A stretch of DNA of 64,000 bases from NCBI GenBank assembly GCA_965235115.1, contig OZ249448.1:23188001-23252000 (forward strand), written 5' to 3'. Positions 33,121 to 44,937 of the stretch are shown here, piece by piece. Under the pieces are notes generated by a model. It was not told the origin of the DNA. It did not search any database and saw only the letters and a list, made by a program, of their open reading frames with translations. Numbering within the stretch: position 1 is the stretch's first letter; every line of letters starts with the position of its first letter. This DNA comes from Laetmonice hystrix. Its lineage: Eukaryota. The position numbers and the translations under genes are program-made.

Positions 33121-35074
33121 GCTGCACTCCTTAAAGGTTTTCCTATGGGCTCGGTCCAGCCCCTTTCTCCATAACGGCGGGAAATAATGTACCGGTACAT
33201 ATTCTACTGCTATGTAATTTAATTTAATTTTTTTTAAAACCTCATCGCATTCAGTTAACTTTTGTGGACTGAACACTTGCACATTTAAAAGGCAGCCATG
33301 TTGTTCGTCTTCAAGTCTGCTTAACAAGCTACTGTACTTTGGTGGAACCTTTTTATACCAACTGATACATGGTGGCAATTAGAGAAAATCACAAATGTAA
33401 ACAGTGTAATAGAATTAATAGGTGCATTCTGAGTTCTAATGTCTGCTTTTTGACAGCTATCCATAGACATATATGTATACAGAAATGGGTCAGTGACCAG
33501 CCTTGATTTTTTTGGATTACAACAGGGTAAAATTAGTGATTTCATGATCCAACGTCTCCGTCATTCATTTGATGAACTTAGGTAATATATATCACAATCT
33601 AATGTAAACACCTTGATAATATAACAAAACATTAATCTCTTAGTGTATAATAAAGATATTAGATCAAAAATAGTGATATTGATTCATCTAAATATTGTAT
33701 TGTACTGAAAGGTCGAATTAACTGGAGGAGAAAATGCCAAGAGGTACAAGCGAGATACGACCATTTGCTAACCTCCTCACCAGATGTCGATTCCCAGGGC
33801 ATACGCTGACCTTTGACCTTTCCCACACCGATACGTCCCATTGGCTGCGACACCCAAACCAGCCTCGATGTTCTATAAACACGTACTGCTGTCTCAAATA
33901 ACATAAACCAAGCAAGGTGGTTCTCGCAATACACAACTTTACTAAGGTTACTCTTCTGTCCTGTTAATCTATAACTAGATTAAATTGTATATAATATAGA
34001 TGTATGTGCAGTGTTAGCAAGAGATGTTCGCATATTATACATTACCAACGGAATCTACAGCGAGTAGCGCTGAAAACAGTAGAGTATGCAGAGTACTTAA
34101 ACAAAAGTCCCAGGGTCAAAGGTCCCGACAGACATGATTAAATATGTACTTCCAGGCGTTGGTGCTAAATATTTTCTTCTACTTTTCCCCAGGGCAAGAA
34201 CTACAAACTAGTACGGGGGGGGGGGTCACCCCCACTTCCTAACATAAAATCTGAGTTGTAAGTTATCCGTTTTTACATGCCGACCATTTTTGTCTCTGCC
34301 CTACAGTGAGTTTCCAAGTTAACCGAGTTATTCAGTTTCTTCTGTCAGAAGCCCAGCGCACCTGTCGAGGTCAAATTTGTGTATTAATTTCCTCAACCGA
34401 CATAGCGTTCTAGGGTATAAACGAAACCAGTAAATTATTACTACGTGTTGCCATGGTTATGAGGCCGATTTGGTTCAGAGTTAAGGCTGTGACCTTTGGC
34501 CCAGGAGATGGCAGTCTTTCAGTGCTCGCGGTGTTTACTAGAACACATGGATAGTCTTTGATGTTGTGTTCAGGCTTGGAGTGAACCGTGTATGTATTGT
34601 GATTCGAGCAGCGTTCCTGTATCATACGTATTTTCATAGATTATATACTCCTTGTAAGTACTGTAAAGTAGTTTGAGACGGCTGGTTTGTACATTACCTC
34701 TACTATACATGGTTAGAAAATAAACTGTATGTAAGGAGAACAACTCGATCAACGTGTGGATGTTATTCTACTCATGCCCCAGATAAAACTCCCTCCCTCC
34801 CTATTCCTCCTCGAGACCAACATTGTAATTAAGTGTTGGAAAAAAAATCCCCCCTCCCACATCTTTAAGATACACGGTGGCAAACATCACACTACTAGTG
34901 TGGATTTCAAAATCCTTTTACAAATAACTCCGCGTTGGAACATAATAAAAATAAAATGCATATAATGTTTCTTATTTTAATTCAACACTGTACAAAGCGT
35001 TACATTTCATACAACTTTATGTACACACAGATAACCTCATGTTCAGTACGTCGTCGTGTTGAGCTATTTTCTAG

Positions 35075-38000
35075 TTATTGTAATTGAAAGAACGGGTAGT
35101 TGTTGCTCCTACTAATCACACTGGCAACGTCTATGTTGAGCCGGTGTCCCTCCTTGCCAAATTTAAACGGTTTGCAGTTGTCAGAGGTTTCAAACACTCG
35201 CCACAGTGCATCGAGTGCTGCCATTTCCTCAGCTATTGTAACTGTTTCTCCCGGGGCTGAAAAGCAACCAGCCTGGTAAGTGACAGTCTACAGTATACCA
35301 GAACTGAAATACTAGCCTACCCCAGCATTGCTCGAAATCAGATCAAGCAACAACTTTGTTTACACTGACTAATTTAAACTAATTAATAATTTCCAAAAAT
35401 ATCCACTCCGACAAACATACAACATGTATTCATGAACTCTGTGCTTTCCACATTTGATTTTTTTTTTGTTGACATTATTTGATCAGTTTTCATTTTGATT
35501 TCAAGAAGTCTGCTTTGATTTGATACATACCTTTGCCGAGAAGTTGCTGGTTAACATAGATACCCACCATGTACGCCGCCACCATTGTCTCGCTGCCAGT
35601 GTCCCATATTAACCTGAATACATCACAACCATTACATAATCAATGGTCACAGTTACTGCATTGTCCTAACCTGAATATAGCACAACCATTACATAATCAA
35701 TGGTCACAGTTACTGCATTGTCCTAACCTGAATACAGCACAACCATTACATAATCAATGGTCACAGTTACTGCATTGTCCTAACCTGAATATAGCACAAC
35801 CATTACATAATCAATGGTCGCAGTTACTGCATTGTCCTAAAGCTTATAATCTTCATCAGAAATTACCTTCTAACACTAGACTAGGAACTAGACACTTTCT
35901 TCTGATTCATATAAACATAACAGTTAAACTTTTGGACACCGAGTAGAACTAGAAGAGTGACCAACTGACCTAGACTCAGGTTCACTGTGACCAGCCTGAG
36001 TGAGAAGTTGCACTAACAGCCCCATGGGATTGTCAATTTTCCATATATCTGCCACTGTCTTTCCTACCAGCTGGGTCAACACAAAGTCCTGTACAAATAG
36101 CTGTGCACGTTCGACTCCCTGAAAACAAATCATACAAGGATGTTAGACTCATCAAACTACTCCTTCAAATATGTAACACTGAAACAAGACAGGCTGAGAA
36201 GATTTCAATTCACTTATATCTGTTGAATAATTTGTCAGGCCCTATTAAACATTCAGGATCATTCCTGGGCAGCCACGACTGCAGATGGGTAGAAACGGGT
36301 TGCTGACCTGATCCTCAACCAGGGCTCCAACGACAGCCTTGAAGGTTTTACTCAGCGTGCCTTCCTCTGGTGGGAAATCCTATGTTAAAAGAAAAAGTAA
36401 CAAGTTTTTCGAGTTTTTCATGAATAGAGATTATACTGACTTGCCCTGTGAGCCTAACTCTGATCACTTACCTCACAAAGAATAATATCAGAGAATCCCA
36501 AATTGCGAGCAATGTAAGCCAGCATGGAATCTGTCATCAGATGGTTATGTATGGCACTGAAACATGAACAAAAAGTTGAAGCTTCCAACTCACAGTGATC
36601 TGATGAGTAAAGCTGCGTGTCCACAGGTCCGGATGCGGACACGGATACGGATTTTTAAAAACACATTACAAATATAGGGACTGTGTCCACTCATGCGAGT
36701 CCGGACACGGCGACCGATCCGACACAGTCCCAAAATTTGTAATGTGTTTTTAAAAATCCGTATCCGTAACCGTGTCCGCATCTAGACCTGTGGACACGCA
36801 GCTTAAGGGTCCCTCATACCGTGGCCATGATGCCATGCTTAGCCTCTACAGAGTTATAGATAACACATCACAAAGAAAACCCCCAATATCAGGTATGGGT
36901 TAACCGCGCACCTACCTTACACCCTCGTCAGGAAGTTTCGGTAGACAGTGTCTCACATAAGCTTTGATATACTCTGATGATATATATTCCCCTGTAAAAT
37001 CAATATCAGTGTTCCTGTGAAAACGTGGCTGGAGGTTATCTACAGAAACCAGATACTGGCTAATTTACTTTAATAATATGTCCTTTTATAACCAATGACA
37101 AAACACATGTTGTCCATTGTCCAACTTAAGGGAAAAGACACATGTATACAGGGGTATCATAAAAAATGTACAATAATAAGAACAGGGCTTTCATTAATCT
37201 TTTTCCTACCTGGGTCACGACATCCATGATTTTCATTTGGAAGTGCCTTTAGGATACATTTTTTTTCTGGGGTCAAATTGAGTTTTCTAAATTCTTTTCT
37301 TGCATTTATTGTACCAATTGCCTATTGGTGGTGGATGTTGTAACTATACCTATCACTCTACATATAGTTTGCGACACTATTTCTATCCGAGTATATCATT
37401 GAATTTAGTGGTATTTTTGAGACTTCAAGGGAGTTTCTTCTTGCATCATTTCAATAGTTTACATGTGTAATAGACAGTGTACACAGGCTTAATAAAAGCC
37501 CTTAAGAGCATTGTCAATGACATGTTAAATGTTTATTCCAGGTAATGTGCAACCTTTTGCAGCTAATTCTTCGTTATCCTCCAGGGTCATGGATCCTTGG
37601 TCATCTCCAAGACCAAGCTCTGCTCTTCGAGACTCCTCAGCCTTAATATAAGATCTGAAAAAATTTGCAAAGTCCTCACAAATAAAAACTGTATCCATAA
37701 AAATTTACCTTGGCTGAGCCACTAAAAACTTTAAAAAGACTAAAAAGTTTAAGCTAACTTTAAATTTTAATGTAAAATATGGTCATGAGGTTTTAAACTA
37801 AATGTTTTTATCACTGAGAATGACATAAATTTAGATAAAGAAAGAGACAGGATACCATTTTGATGTTTGTTAAATAGGCAGATGGTCATCCTAATACTGA
37901 AGAGGCTACACTTACCTGTGAGTAAACGCGACACGTAGAGTGTCATCCTTGAAAGATTCCCCCAACCTTTTCCCAAAGGCATACATCTCTGCATTGTAGT

Positions 38001-38936
38001 TCCTGAATTTAACAATATCACATGGCTTCTAAGTAATGAATAATGTCACTCTCGGCCAACCCGAGGTCACCTGTCATCAAAATGTACTTGGACTCCTCCA
38101 ACATCTAGACAAAAACATGTAATTGGTTTTTTTTAAATGGTCATTTTTTGAAAGTTCTACTATGGCCTCTTCTCTTGCCATGAAAAATGATTGTGTGCTT
38201 AAATTTGATTTTTTATTTTATTTTTTAAATTCGATATTTTATTTCATGTTAGAACATGTTTATAACTTAAATAAGGGAAACCCCTGATTCTCAGGGTGTG
38301 GCAAATATCACAATCATTTACTATAGCTACCAGTTAATCCATTTTGATCTGTGTCTCTCAGGCTCTGGGCCCTGCTCCAGGCGTCTCCGGTAAAGATCCT
38401 GCATCACTGGGCGTTCCCATCGTTTCCGGCCACGAACACCTTCAATAAATTATGTGTCAAAAGTCACAAATCTCTACCTCTAACAAAATATGACATGTTG
38501 GTTATATTGTTATTGTCAAATATTGATCAATGAAAGACTTGGTTACCGTCTTTTCCGCCTGGCGGCAGCACTATCATCTCGGTCCCCTTGGGCCACATTA
38601 TTATGACTTTAGATAGGTCGACGAAATGCTAATCTATCGCTGGGTGCCGAAGTGCTATTTGTTATGAAATATTATGGTACGTTTAGGAGTTCTTCAACAT
38701 CTCATAGTCATATCACATCTCAGTGAGTCAGTCTCTCGTCATAGTTAGGTTAGGCCAGATTTACCGAGTGATGGGTGGCCGTATGTGTAGGTAATATATT
38801 TAATCAAAAGGAAGGTTACAACATACAAACCTACAACGTTCCATAACTTTGGAACTTGCAAGAAACTATGTCTCCTTGTTATGAAAGCACAGCCCAGGGA
38901 CACTGCAGAAAGCACGTTTCTTCCACAGGCTGCCAT
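35075..38936 (-). CDS. MRPL44: 39S mitochondrial ribosomal protein L44 (mL44), 349 aa, 10 coding exons
   Basis: complement join(38936-38831,38439-38331,38002-37916,37654-37554,36991-36916,36556-36472,36379-36308,36118-35970,35613-35531,35256-35075). All GT-AG and in frame. Peptides include RWERPVMQDLYRRR...GPEPERHRSKWINWNYNAEMYAFGKRLGESF, DFVLTQLVGK...WKIDNPMGLL...EPESRL and PGETVTIAEEMAALDAL, matching the RNase III-like/dsRBD architecture of mL44. The N-terminus is basic and presequence-like. Confidence 0.93.
35609..35838. repeat. Tandem repeat, 57-bp unit, 4 copies, overlapping the MRPL44 exon 9 acceptor
   Basis: aacctgaata...ttgtcct starts at 35611, 35668, 35725 and 35782. Confidence 0.95.
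36611..36803. mobile_element. PIF/Harbinger-like MITE (193 bp) in MRPL44 intron 5
   Basis: TIR agctgcgtgtccacaggtc / gacctgtggacacgcagct, long internal inverted arms, TAA target-site duplication on both sides. Confidence 0.85.
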
Positions 38937-39422
38937 GTTGAAGATGTGAGCCACCTTACAACAATTAAAAAAAGTATTTTTGAAATTAAATTTCCAAATC
39001 TGTATGCTTCTAAGTCTAGTAACAAGTTAAATTAAAGACAAAAAATATATTATGCAAAATCTAGCAAAAGTAACAACAACGAAATTTATCAACAAACGCT
39101 TCCTGATTTTTATTGATAGTATTGGCCGAGATGGTGGGACCTACCGCCAAAATCAAGTAAATTTACCACAACAAACCGAAATCTATCAAAGTTGAATTGA
39201 GTGTAGTCACTTTTGCTCTTTTAGATCACATTAATCACGATAAATTTCCAGCGTATTATACAAACTGATTTCTGTATCATGCTAGATTGACATCACAGTT
39301 GCTGCAAGCAGCAGATTTCAGGGATTTCGATAGGATTCTGGCACTTTCGGTAATTTCGCTAGATTTAGGTATAGAGTCCCACACTCAGCCGGGGTCCGGT
39401 ACGGGCAAGGTGAGAAGTCGTA
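38937..39422. promoter_or_regulatory. Compact divergent promoter region, MRPL44/MRPL57
   Basis: 486 bp between start codons. The MRPL44 start context CAAC-ATG-GCA contains a YY1-like AACATGGC core. Confidence 0.6.
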
Positions 39423-42083
39423 ATGCGGCTCACAACTTGCTTATTGTATTACATTCGAAGACGTCATATACCAGGAAAAATCGATATCGGGTAAGAGGTC
39501 AAATAACAGATAGATCTAGTGTCAAAACTAGAGTTTAAAACAAACTCTAGTTCAAGAAATCGGGATCGAAGTGCCGCATGGGCGATAATAAAAGCAGTGG
39601 CTGGTGGCGAATTTATATTATAGAATTTTTGCACAAGGCAGATGATTCCTGACGCTTGAATCAGTAGGACGTGAGTTGGAACCCCCATAGGGATTTATCT
39701 TTTTCTACCATTATTTTGCCTAGAATGAATTCGTTTATGGATTAGCCTATTAGGGTTATTTTCTTTCGGATTTCAGTTTAGAGTTTGAGGAATGTCTGCC
39801 CTGCGGCCAAGCCGAATTATAGTCGATTCGCCCCAGGCCGGTAGCCTGCGGGCCGGTGGATGTGGTGGGGCTGTGGAGGTTAGGAGCCCGGTAGGGGCAG
39901 CAGTTCCCACCCGGATTGCCCGCTCACTGTACGGTCTACGTGAACCCGCCTACGCAGTGCCGCCGGTATAGTTAGCTGCTCGCTCCCGGCCGGCCCAGTC
40001 TGGACTGGGGCGAACGTCTTTCCAAGTGGGGCGAATAGTCTTCTACCAGTACCATACAGTGGGGCGAATTGTCTTTCCGAGTGGGGCGAATCGACCAGGG
40101 CGAAATGCGAATGAGGCGAATCGACCATCTACCCAGTGAGGCCAAAGAGTATGGTGAGGCTAAACAGTACAGTGAGGCCAAACAGCGGTGGCCTAGTGGG
40201 CATGGGTGTCGACACCTTATGCTATGCGAATGGGTGCAGTAATCTTAGGGCCTGGGTTCGATTCCTGTAGAGGACTATACAACTTTTCTCTTTAGGGACA
40301 TTGTCAAAGTAATTGGGTTACCCCTGATGCCCGTACATTTCAAAAGAAAAATACAGTGAGGCCAAACAGTACAGTGCGGCGTCACTACATGGTACTGGCT
40401 GCCTTGTACCCAAGCAAACAGTACAGTGAGGCCAAACAATTACAATGAGGCCAAACAGTACAGTGAGGCATCACTACATGGTATTGGCTGCCCTTGTACT
40501 CGAGCAAACAGTACAGTGAGGCCATACAGTACAGTGAGGCATCACTACATGGTATTGGCTGCCCTTGTACCGAAGCAAACAGTACAGTGAGGCCAAACAG
40601 TACAGTGAGGCCAAACAGTACAGTGAGGCCAAACAGTACATTGAGGCCAAACAGTAAAGTGAGGCCAAACAGTACAGTGAGGCCAAACAGTACAGTGAGG
40701 CCAAACAGTACATTGAGGCCAAACAGTAAAGTGAGGCCAAACAGTACAGTGAGGCCAAACAGTACAGTGAGGCCAAACAGTACAGTGAGGCCAAACGGTA
40801 CAGTAAAGTTGGTATGCTTCAGGCCTATCTTGCGTCCCAGACTTAGACTTTTACTTCTTTAGTCTTTACTTTGTTCTGGTACCGTCCATAATTGTGCCAA
40901 TTAACAATAACATGAACTGACTTTAATTGAATAGGAAACATCGTATCCATCGCCCTGTAACCTGCTCGCGTAAGAAGGCGGCAATGACGGCAATGGTGCG
41001 AGAGCAACGTAATCTTGATATTCTGCAGAGACCATATTTGACACCAGTAAGGATGCTAGCTTTGATCTCTTATTTTGCAGCTTTACTCCCAAAACAGAAA
41101 GAAGTTAAAGGATACTATGTACAATAGGTTTCTCATCTGTTTTCTAAGCTTGGTAAGATGGTTTCTGATATGCATATCAGGCATTGGAAGATCATGCAAG
41201 TCTAAAAGCAAATACTAAGATCACTACCACTGATCGGAATTTTGGAATATTCCTCAGAGCTATGAGTGAAAAGTTACAAAGGTAATGGTTTTTATGTTAA
41301 GCAGGCCTCACGCGCGAATGGTTTTGAAGGCGGTTCAGCATGGTTCAAAACCTCAATGACATCGCCCAGACACCGTGAGGGTGTTCATCATTGACCGCTA
41401 TCCCGTTTTTGAAACTGCTACTCCCTCCTCAAAAAAATTCCCAGGGGGAAATATTGCATTACTCTTTCCCCCCCCCCTCCAAACTCGCAGCATTCCCCCC
41501 CAAATGTCGAAAATCTCCAGGAAAGCCTGAGGTGGCTAGTAGGTCACAACACGGTCCAGAGGGAGTTGTATTGCGACTCACGACGGTTGATAGCACGGTT
41601 GACAAATGTAAAGCGGTAATGTGCGGTGGTTACACGGTATAGGAAGGGGGCCACATGATGATGATGCGGAAAAGTGCGGTAATCTTGATCTTCATTGAGC
41701 GTGGACAACCGATCACCACCTTCTCCATACCGTGTTTTAACCTAGGAATTTGGGTCCCACTGCCGTCAATTTGGGCGGTTCAGCACAAATTCTGCTGAAC
41801 CACCTTCAAAACTGCCCGCATGACAAGGCCTGCTTTATGTGCCCTACCTGAGTGTGAATGCAGACCTGTATTGAATGCGTGTGTGTTTATACGGTGGTTT
41901 ATTGTGAGATTTCTCTGATTTTGTCCCTTTCAGGAGGAGGATTACCGGCATGAGTGGACCATGGGACTCCCCCGACAAAAATGGCAACAAACAAATACAG
42001 AAAGGATTGAAAAAAACTGGCTCTCCAACAGATTAGCAGCAGACCACTTAGATCTTCTCAATATCTGTAAGAAATGGGAGTAA
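39423..42083 (+). CDS. MRPL57: Mitochondrial ribosomal protein L57 / mL63 (MRP63), 109 aa, 3 coding exons
   Basis: join(39423-39490,40935-41046,41934-42083) gives MRLTTCLLYYIRRRHIPGKIDIGKHRIHRPVTCSRKKAAMTAMVREQRNLDILQRPYLTPEEDYRHEWTMGLPRQKWQQTNTERIEKNWLSNRLAADHLDLLNICKKWE*. It aligns by eye with human MRPL57 (MFLT...RIPGRQWIGKHR...PYMTREQE...DQLDHLNVTKKWS). Donors GG|GTAAGA and CCA|GTAAGG; AATAAA at 42187-42192. Confidence 0.88.
39810..40135. mobile_element. GC-rich non-autonomous element with subterminal inverted repeats and repeated ggggcgaa motifs
   Basis: gtcgattcgcc near the left end and ggcgaatcgac near the right end; several gtggggcgaa copies. Class not determined. Confidence 0.4.
40186..40351 (+). 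mobile_element. tRNA-derived SINE in MRPL57 intron 1
   Basis: A-box TGGCCTAGTGG (40189-40199), B-box GGTTCGATTCC (40255-40265), A-rich 3' end; flanked by tacagtgaggccaaacag on both sides. No cloverleaf could be built. Confidence 0.6.
40352..40805. repeat. Minisatellite, 18-bp unit (aaacagtacagtgaggcc), with larger inserts; also at 40136-40185
   Basis: Direct inspection; source of the MASLYCL/VRPNST periodic ORFs. Confidence 0.95.
41300..41834. mobile_element. PIF/Harbinger-like non-autonomous element (535 bp) with a nested MITE fragment, in MRPL57 intron 2
   Basis: Ends agcaggcct...ttttgaaggcggttcagca / tgctgaaccaccttcaaaa...aggcctgct; TTA on both flanks. Confidence 0.7.
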
Positions 42084-43347
42084 GCGTTCAGAGCCTTGAG
42101 CATAATTGTCTCTGAATATAAGGAGAATATTATACTTATTATCTAATCCAAACAACCATCAAGTCACGTGATTTGTTGCTTATTGAAATAAAACCACGGA
42201 CTTTATACGATGCCGTTATGTGATTATTAAATTGATGTCGATGTGTCGGAATGTTGTTTCACAAAATGTAAGTGACTACAAATACGTGTTTACTTTAATG
42301 AACAGTCTGACAGAAAAGAACGATACAGGAGGAAGGTGCCCTAACCCATGTTATTGCTCTCCTGTCTAAATGCAGAAATATTTCATGTAGTTAATTGGGC
42401 AATTGGCTTTTAAATGCCAACATTCTTACCAGTTTCCTTACAATGGCTACTCTTATCTGATCTTACGTCTACAGAGACCTAGTTGTACAATATGTAGTGT
42501 CAGTCAGTGAGGTCCTGCACTTTGCTTAGAATGCGAGTGGCTAATAAAAAACCAGAATAGAACTTCTATCGGCATGGACCCCTCTTTATATGTGAAAGGA
42601 TTCTCAACATTTCTGGACTTTGGCGTAAGGTGGACATTTCCCGCCAGATGGCACTTTCGCAATGTTGATGTGAAATGCCCACATTTAGGCTGACAATACT
42701 TATATTTTATAACTTAACACTGCATAGGCCTATTGGTTGGAGACAGCAGATCTTCCGTACTTCAGATTTGGAATTAACTTTTTCTAGACGAATAGACGGA
42801 AATATAAAGATATGGGGCAACATCTACGACCTCTCAAGGCACCATCTATCGTGGAGTTGCCACCTAGCGGCACATAGCTGACACACAACTGGCTGGGACT
42901 GACGGGAGGAAATTTTGTACCAAGGATACACACAGATATAATATAGAGTAATTACCTTAGTGGTAGAATCATGTAACAACAGACATTGAGAGAGAAATGT
43001 AGGGGATGGAGAAAGAAAGAAAGTGTCGGATTGTTGCTCTCCATATTGCCTGTCTAGTCTCTACGGCCATGATGGAACTGCCGACATCTAGGCTGACGAT
43101 ACTTGTATCGTAGAGCATACCAGTGCATATAGGCCTATTGATTGGTTGGTTGTTTTTATGACTACGCCAAGAACAGTTCGGTTGCTCACAGTGTCGAGGC
43201 TCACGGGATACTGAGGAAAAATGACGGAATACTAAATTATGGATGTCCATCGTCGTCTGTAAGTAATAACACAGAGCGAAACGGCGCGATGGATACTGGC
43301 AGATAGTCAGCCCAACGTTCTCCTGCTGCAACATATACTACTCACAA

Positions 43348-43465
43348 CAGGGGTGTAGGCAGAACTGAGATATGGGGGGGGGGGGAGGTCCAACTAAGAT
43401 GGCGGGGGGGGGGGGTCCCAACCGGGCAACCGGGCAACCCGGAAACCCCCCTGGCTACACCCTTG
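43348..43465. mobile_element. MITE with 5-bp target-site duplication
   Basis: Termini caggggtgtaggcag / ctggctacacccttg; flanks cacaa / cacaa. Confidence 0.75.
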
Positions 43466-43689
43466 CACAATAGGTCAAATTCCCGAGCCAATGCCTTTAA
43501 GTTGGTATCGGGACAAATATGCCAGGGCAGAGACTTCGAGGCCTTAAAAGACGTTTCCAGCATTATTTCCGGTATAGATTGCTTGTGAGATGTTTGGGAA
43601 ATGTACATTTATTTCATTAGCCTACATTTTACCTTGTATCTGTTAGGTGTTGGCTGAGTGAAAGCAATGGGGTATGCGCACAAGTGAAA

Positions 43690-43785
43690 GGAGGTTGGAC
43701 AAGCTTGTAGCTGTAGATCATCATCATCGGCATCATCGCCATCATTGTCATCATTGTCATCATTGTCATCATTGTCATCATCATC
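43690..43785. repeat. CAT-rich microsatellite / 9-bp repeat (catcattgt)
   Basis: Direct inspection. Confidence 0.9.
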
Positions 43786-44036
43786 TGAACGTGAAAGGAC
43801 ACACCAGAAACACCGGAAGACAACTGGGGGGGGGGGGCGGAGGGCGGGACGTAATCATTACGGTTAGTAACGTTTGATAGGGAAAAGGCGGTGGATACTC
43901 TGCCGAAAAAAATGGGTTTAGGGTTCAAATTAATCTAATAAAACTTAGTCCAAAAGTTGAGCTTTTAACGTTTATTTAACAGTGTCACGACATCCATCGC
44001 TAAGAGCTGGAGCAGGAAGTAGTGGTCGAAACTATA

Positions 44037-44197
44037 CAGTAGTGTAGGAAGGAAAAAAATATTGGGGGGGGGGGGGGCAGAAGTGACGCACAATGACTTA
44101 TGCCTATGCTTTTGCATTGAGCCATGCGGTCATTTTATAAATATTGGGGGGGGGGGGGGGCAGCAGCCCCCTCTGCCCCCAGCTTCCTACGCCCCTG
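44037..44197. mobile_element. MITE with 5-bp target-site duplication
   Basis: Termini cagtagtgtaggaag / cttcctacgcccctg; flanks ctata / ctata. Confidence 0.75.
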
Positions 44198-44295
44198 CTA
44201 TATATCACCTTCGTGGGAAGTGTAGGCCTATATCATCGGTGTATCACCTTTGATTTGGACCCGTAAACTTTGCAGTCCTCCAGCAATACTGTATG

Positions 44296-44937
44296 GGCCA
44301 CAACCACGGGGCTGACGATCCAAGCCAGAGCCACAACCACTGGGCTGACGATCCAGGCCAGAGCTGGGCCACAACCACTGGGCTGACGATCCAGGCCAGA
44401 GCTGGGCCGCAACCACTGGGCTGACGATCCAGGCCAGAGCTGGGCCACAACCACAAGGCTGACAATCCAAGCCAGAGCCACAACCACTGGGCTGACGATC
44501 CAAGCCAGAGCCACAACCACTGGGCTGACGATCCAAGCCAGAGCCACAACCACTGGGCTGACGATCCAAGCCAGAGCCACAACCACTGGGCTGACGATCC
44601 AAACCAGAGGTGGGCCACAACCACAGGGCTGACGATCCAAGCCAGAGCTGGGACACAACCACTGGGCTGACGATCCAAACCAGAGCCACAACCACAGGGC
44701 TGACGATCCAAGCCAGAGCCACAACCACTGGGCTGACGATCCAAGCCAGAGCTTGGCCACAACCACTGGGCTGACGATCCAAGCCAGAGCCACAACCACT
44801 GGGCTGACGATCCAAGCCAGAGCCACAACCACTGGGCTGACGATCCAAGCCAGAGCCACAACCACAGGGCTGGCGATCCAGGCCAGAGCCACAACCACAG
44901 GGCTGACGATCCAAGCCAGAGCCACAACCACTGGGCC
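44296..44937. repeat. Minisatellite, 33/39-bp units, ~18 copies
   Basis: Unit gccagag(ctggg)ccacaaccactgggctgacgatccaa; source of three spurious ~230-257 aa ORFs. Confidence 0.96.
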
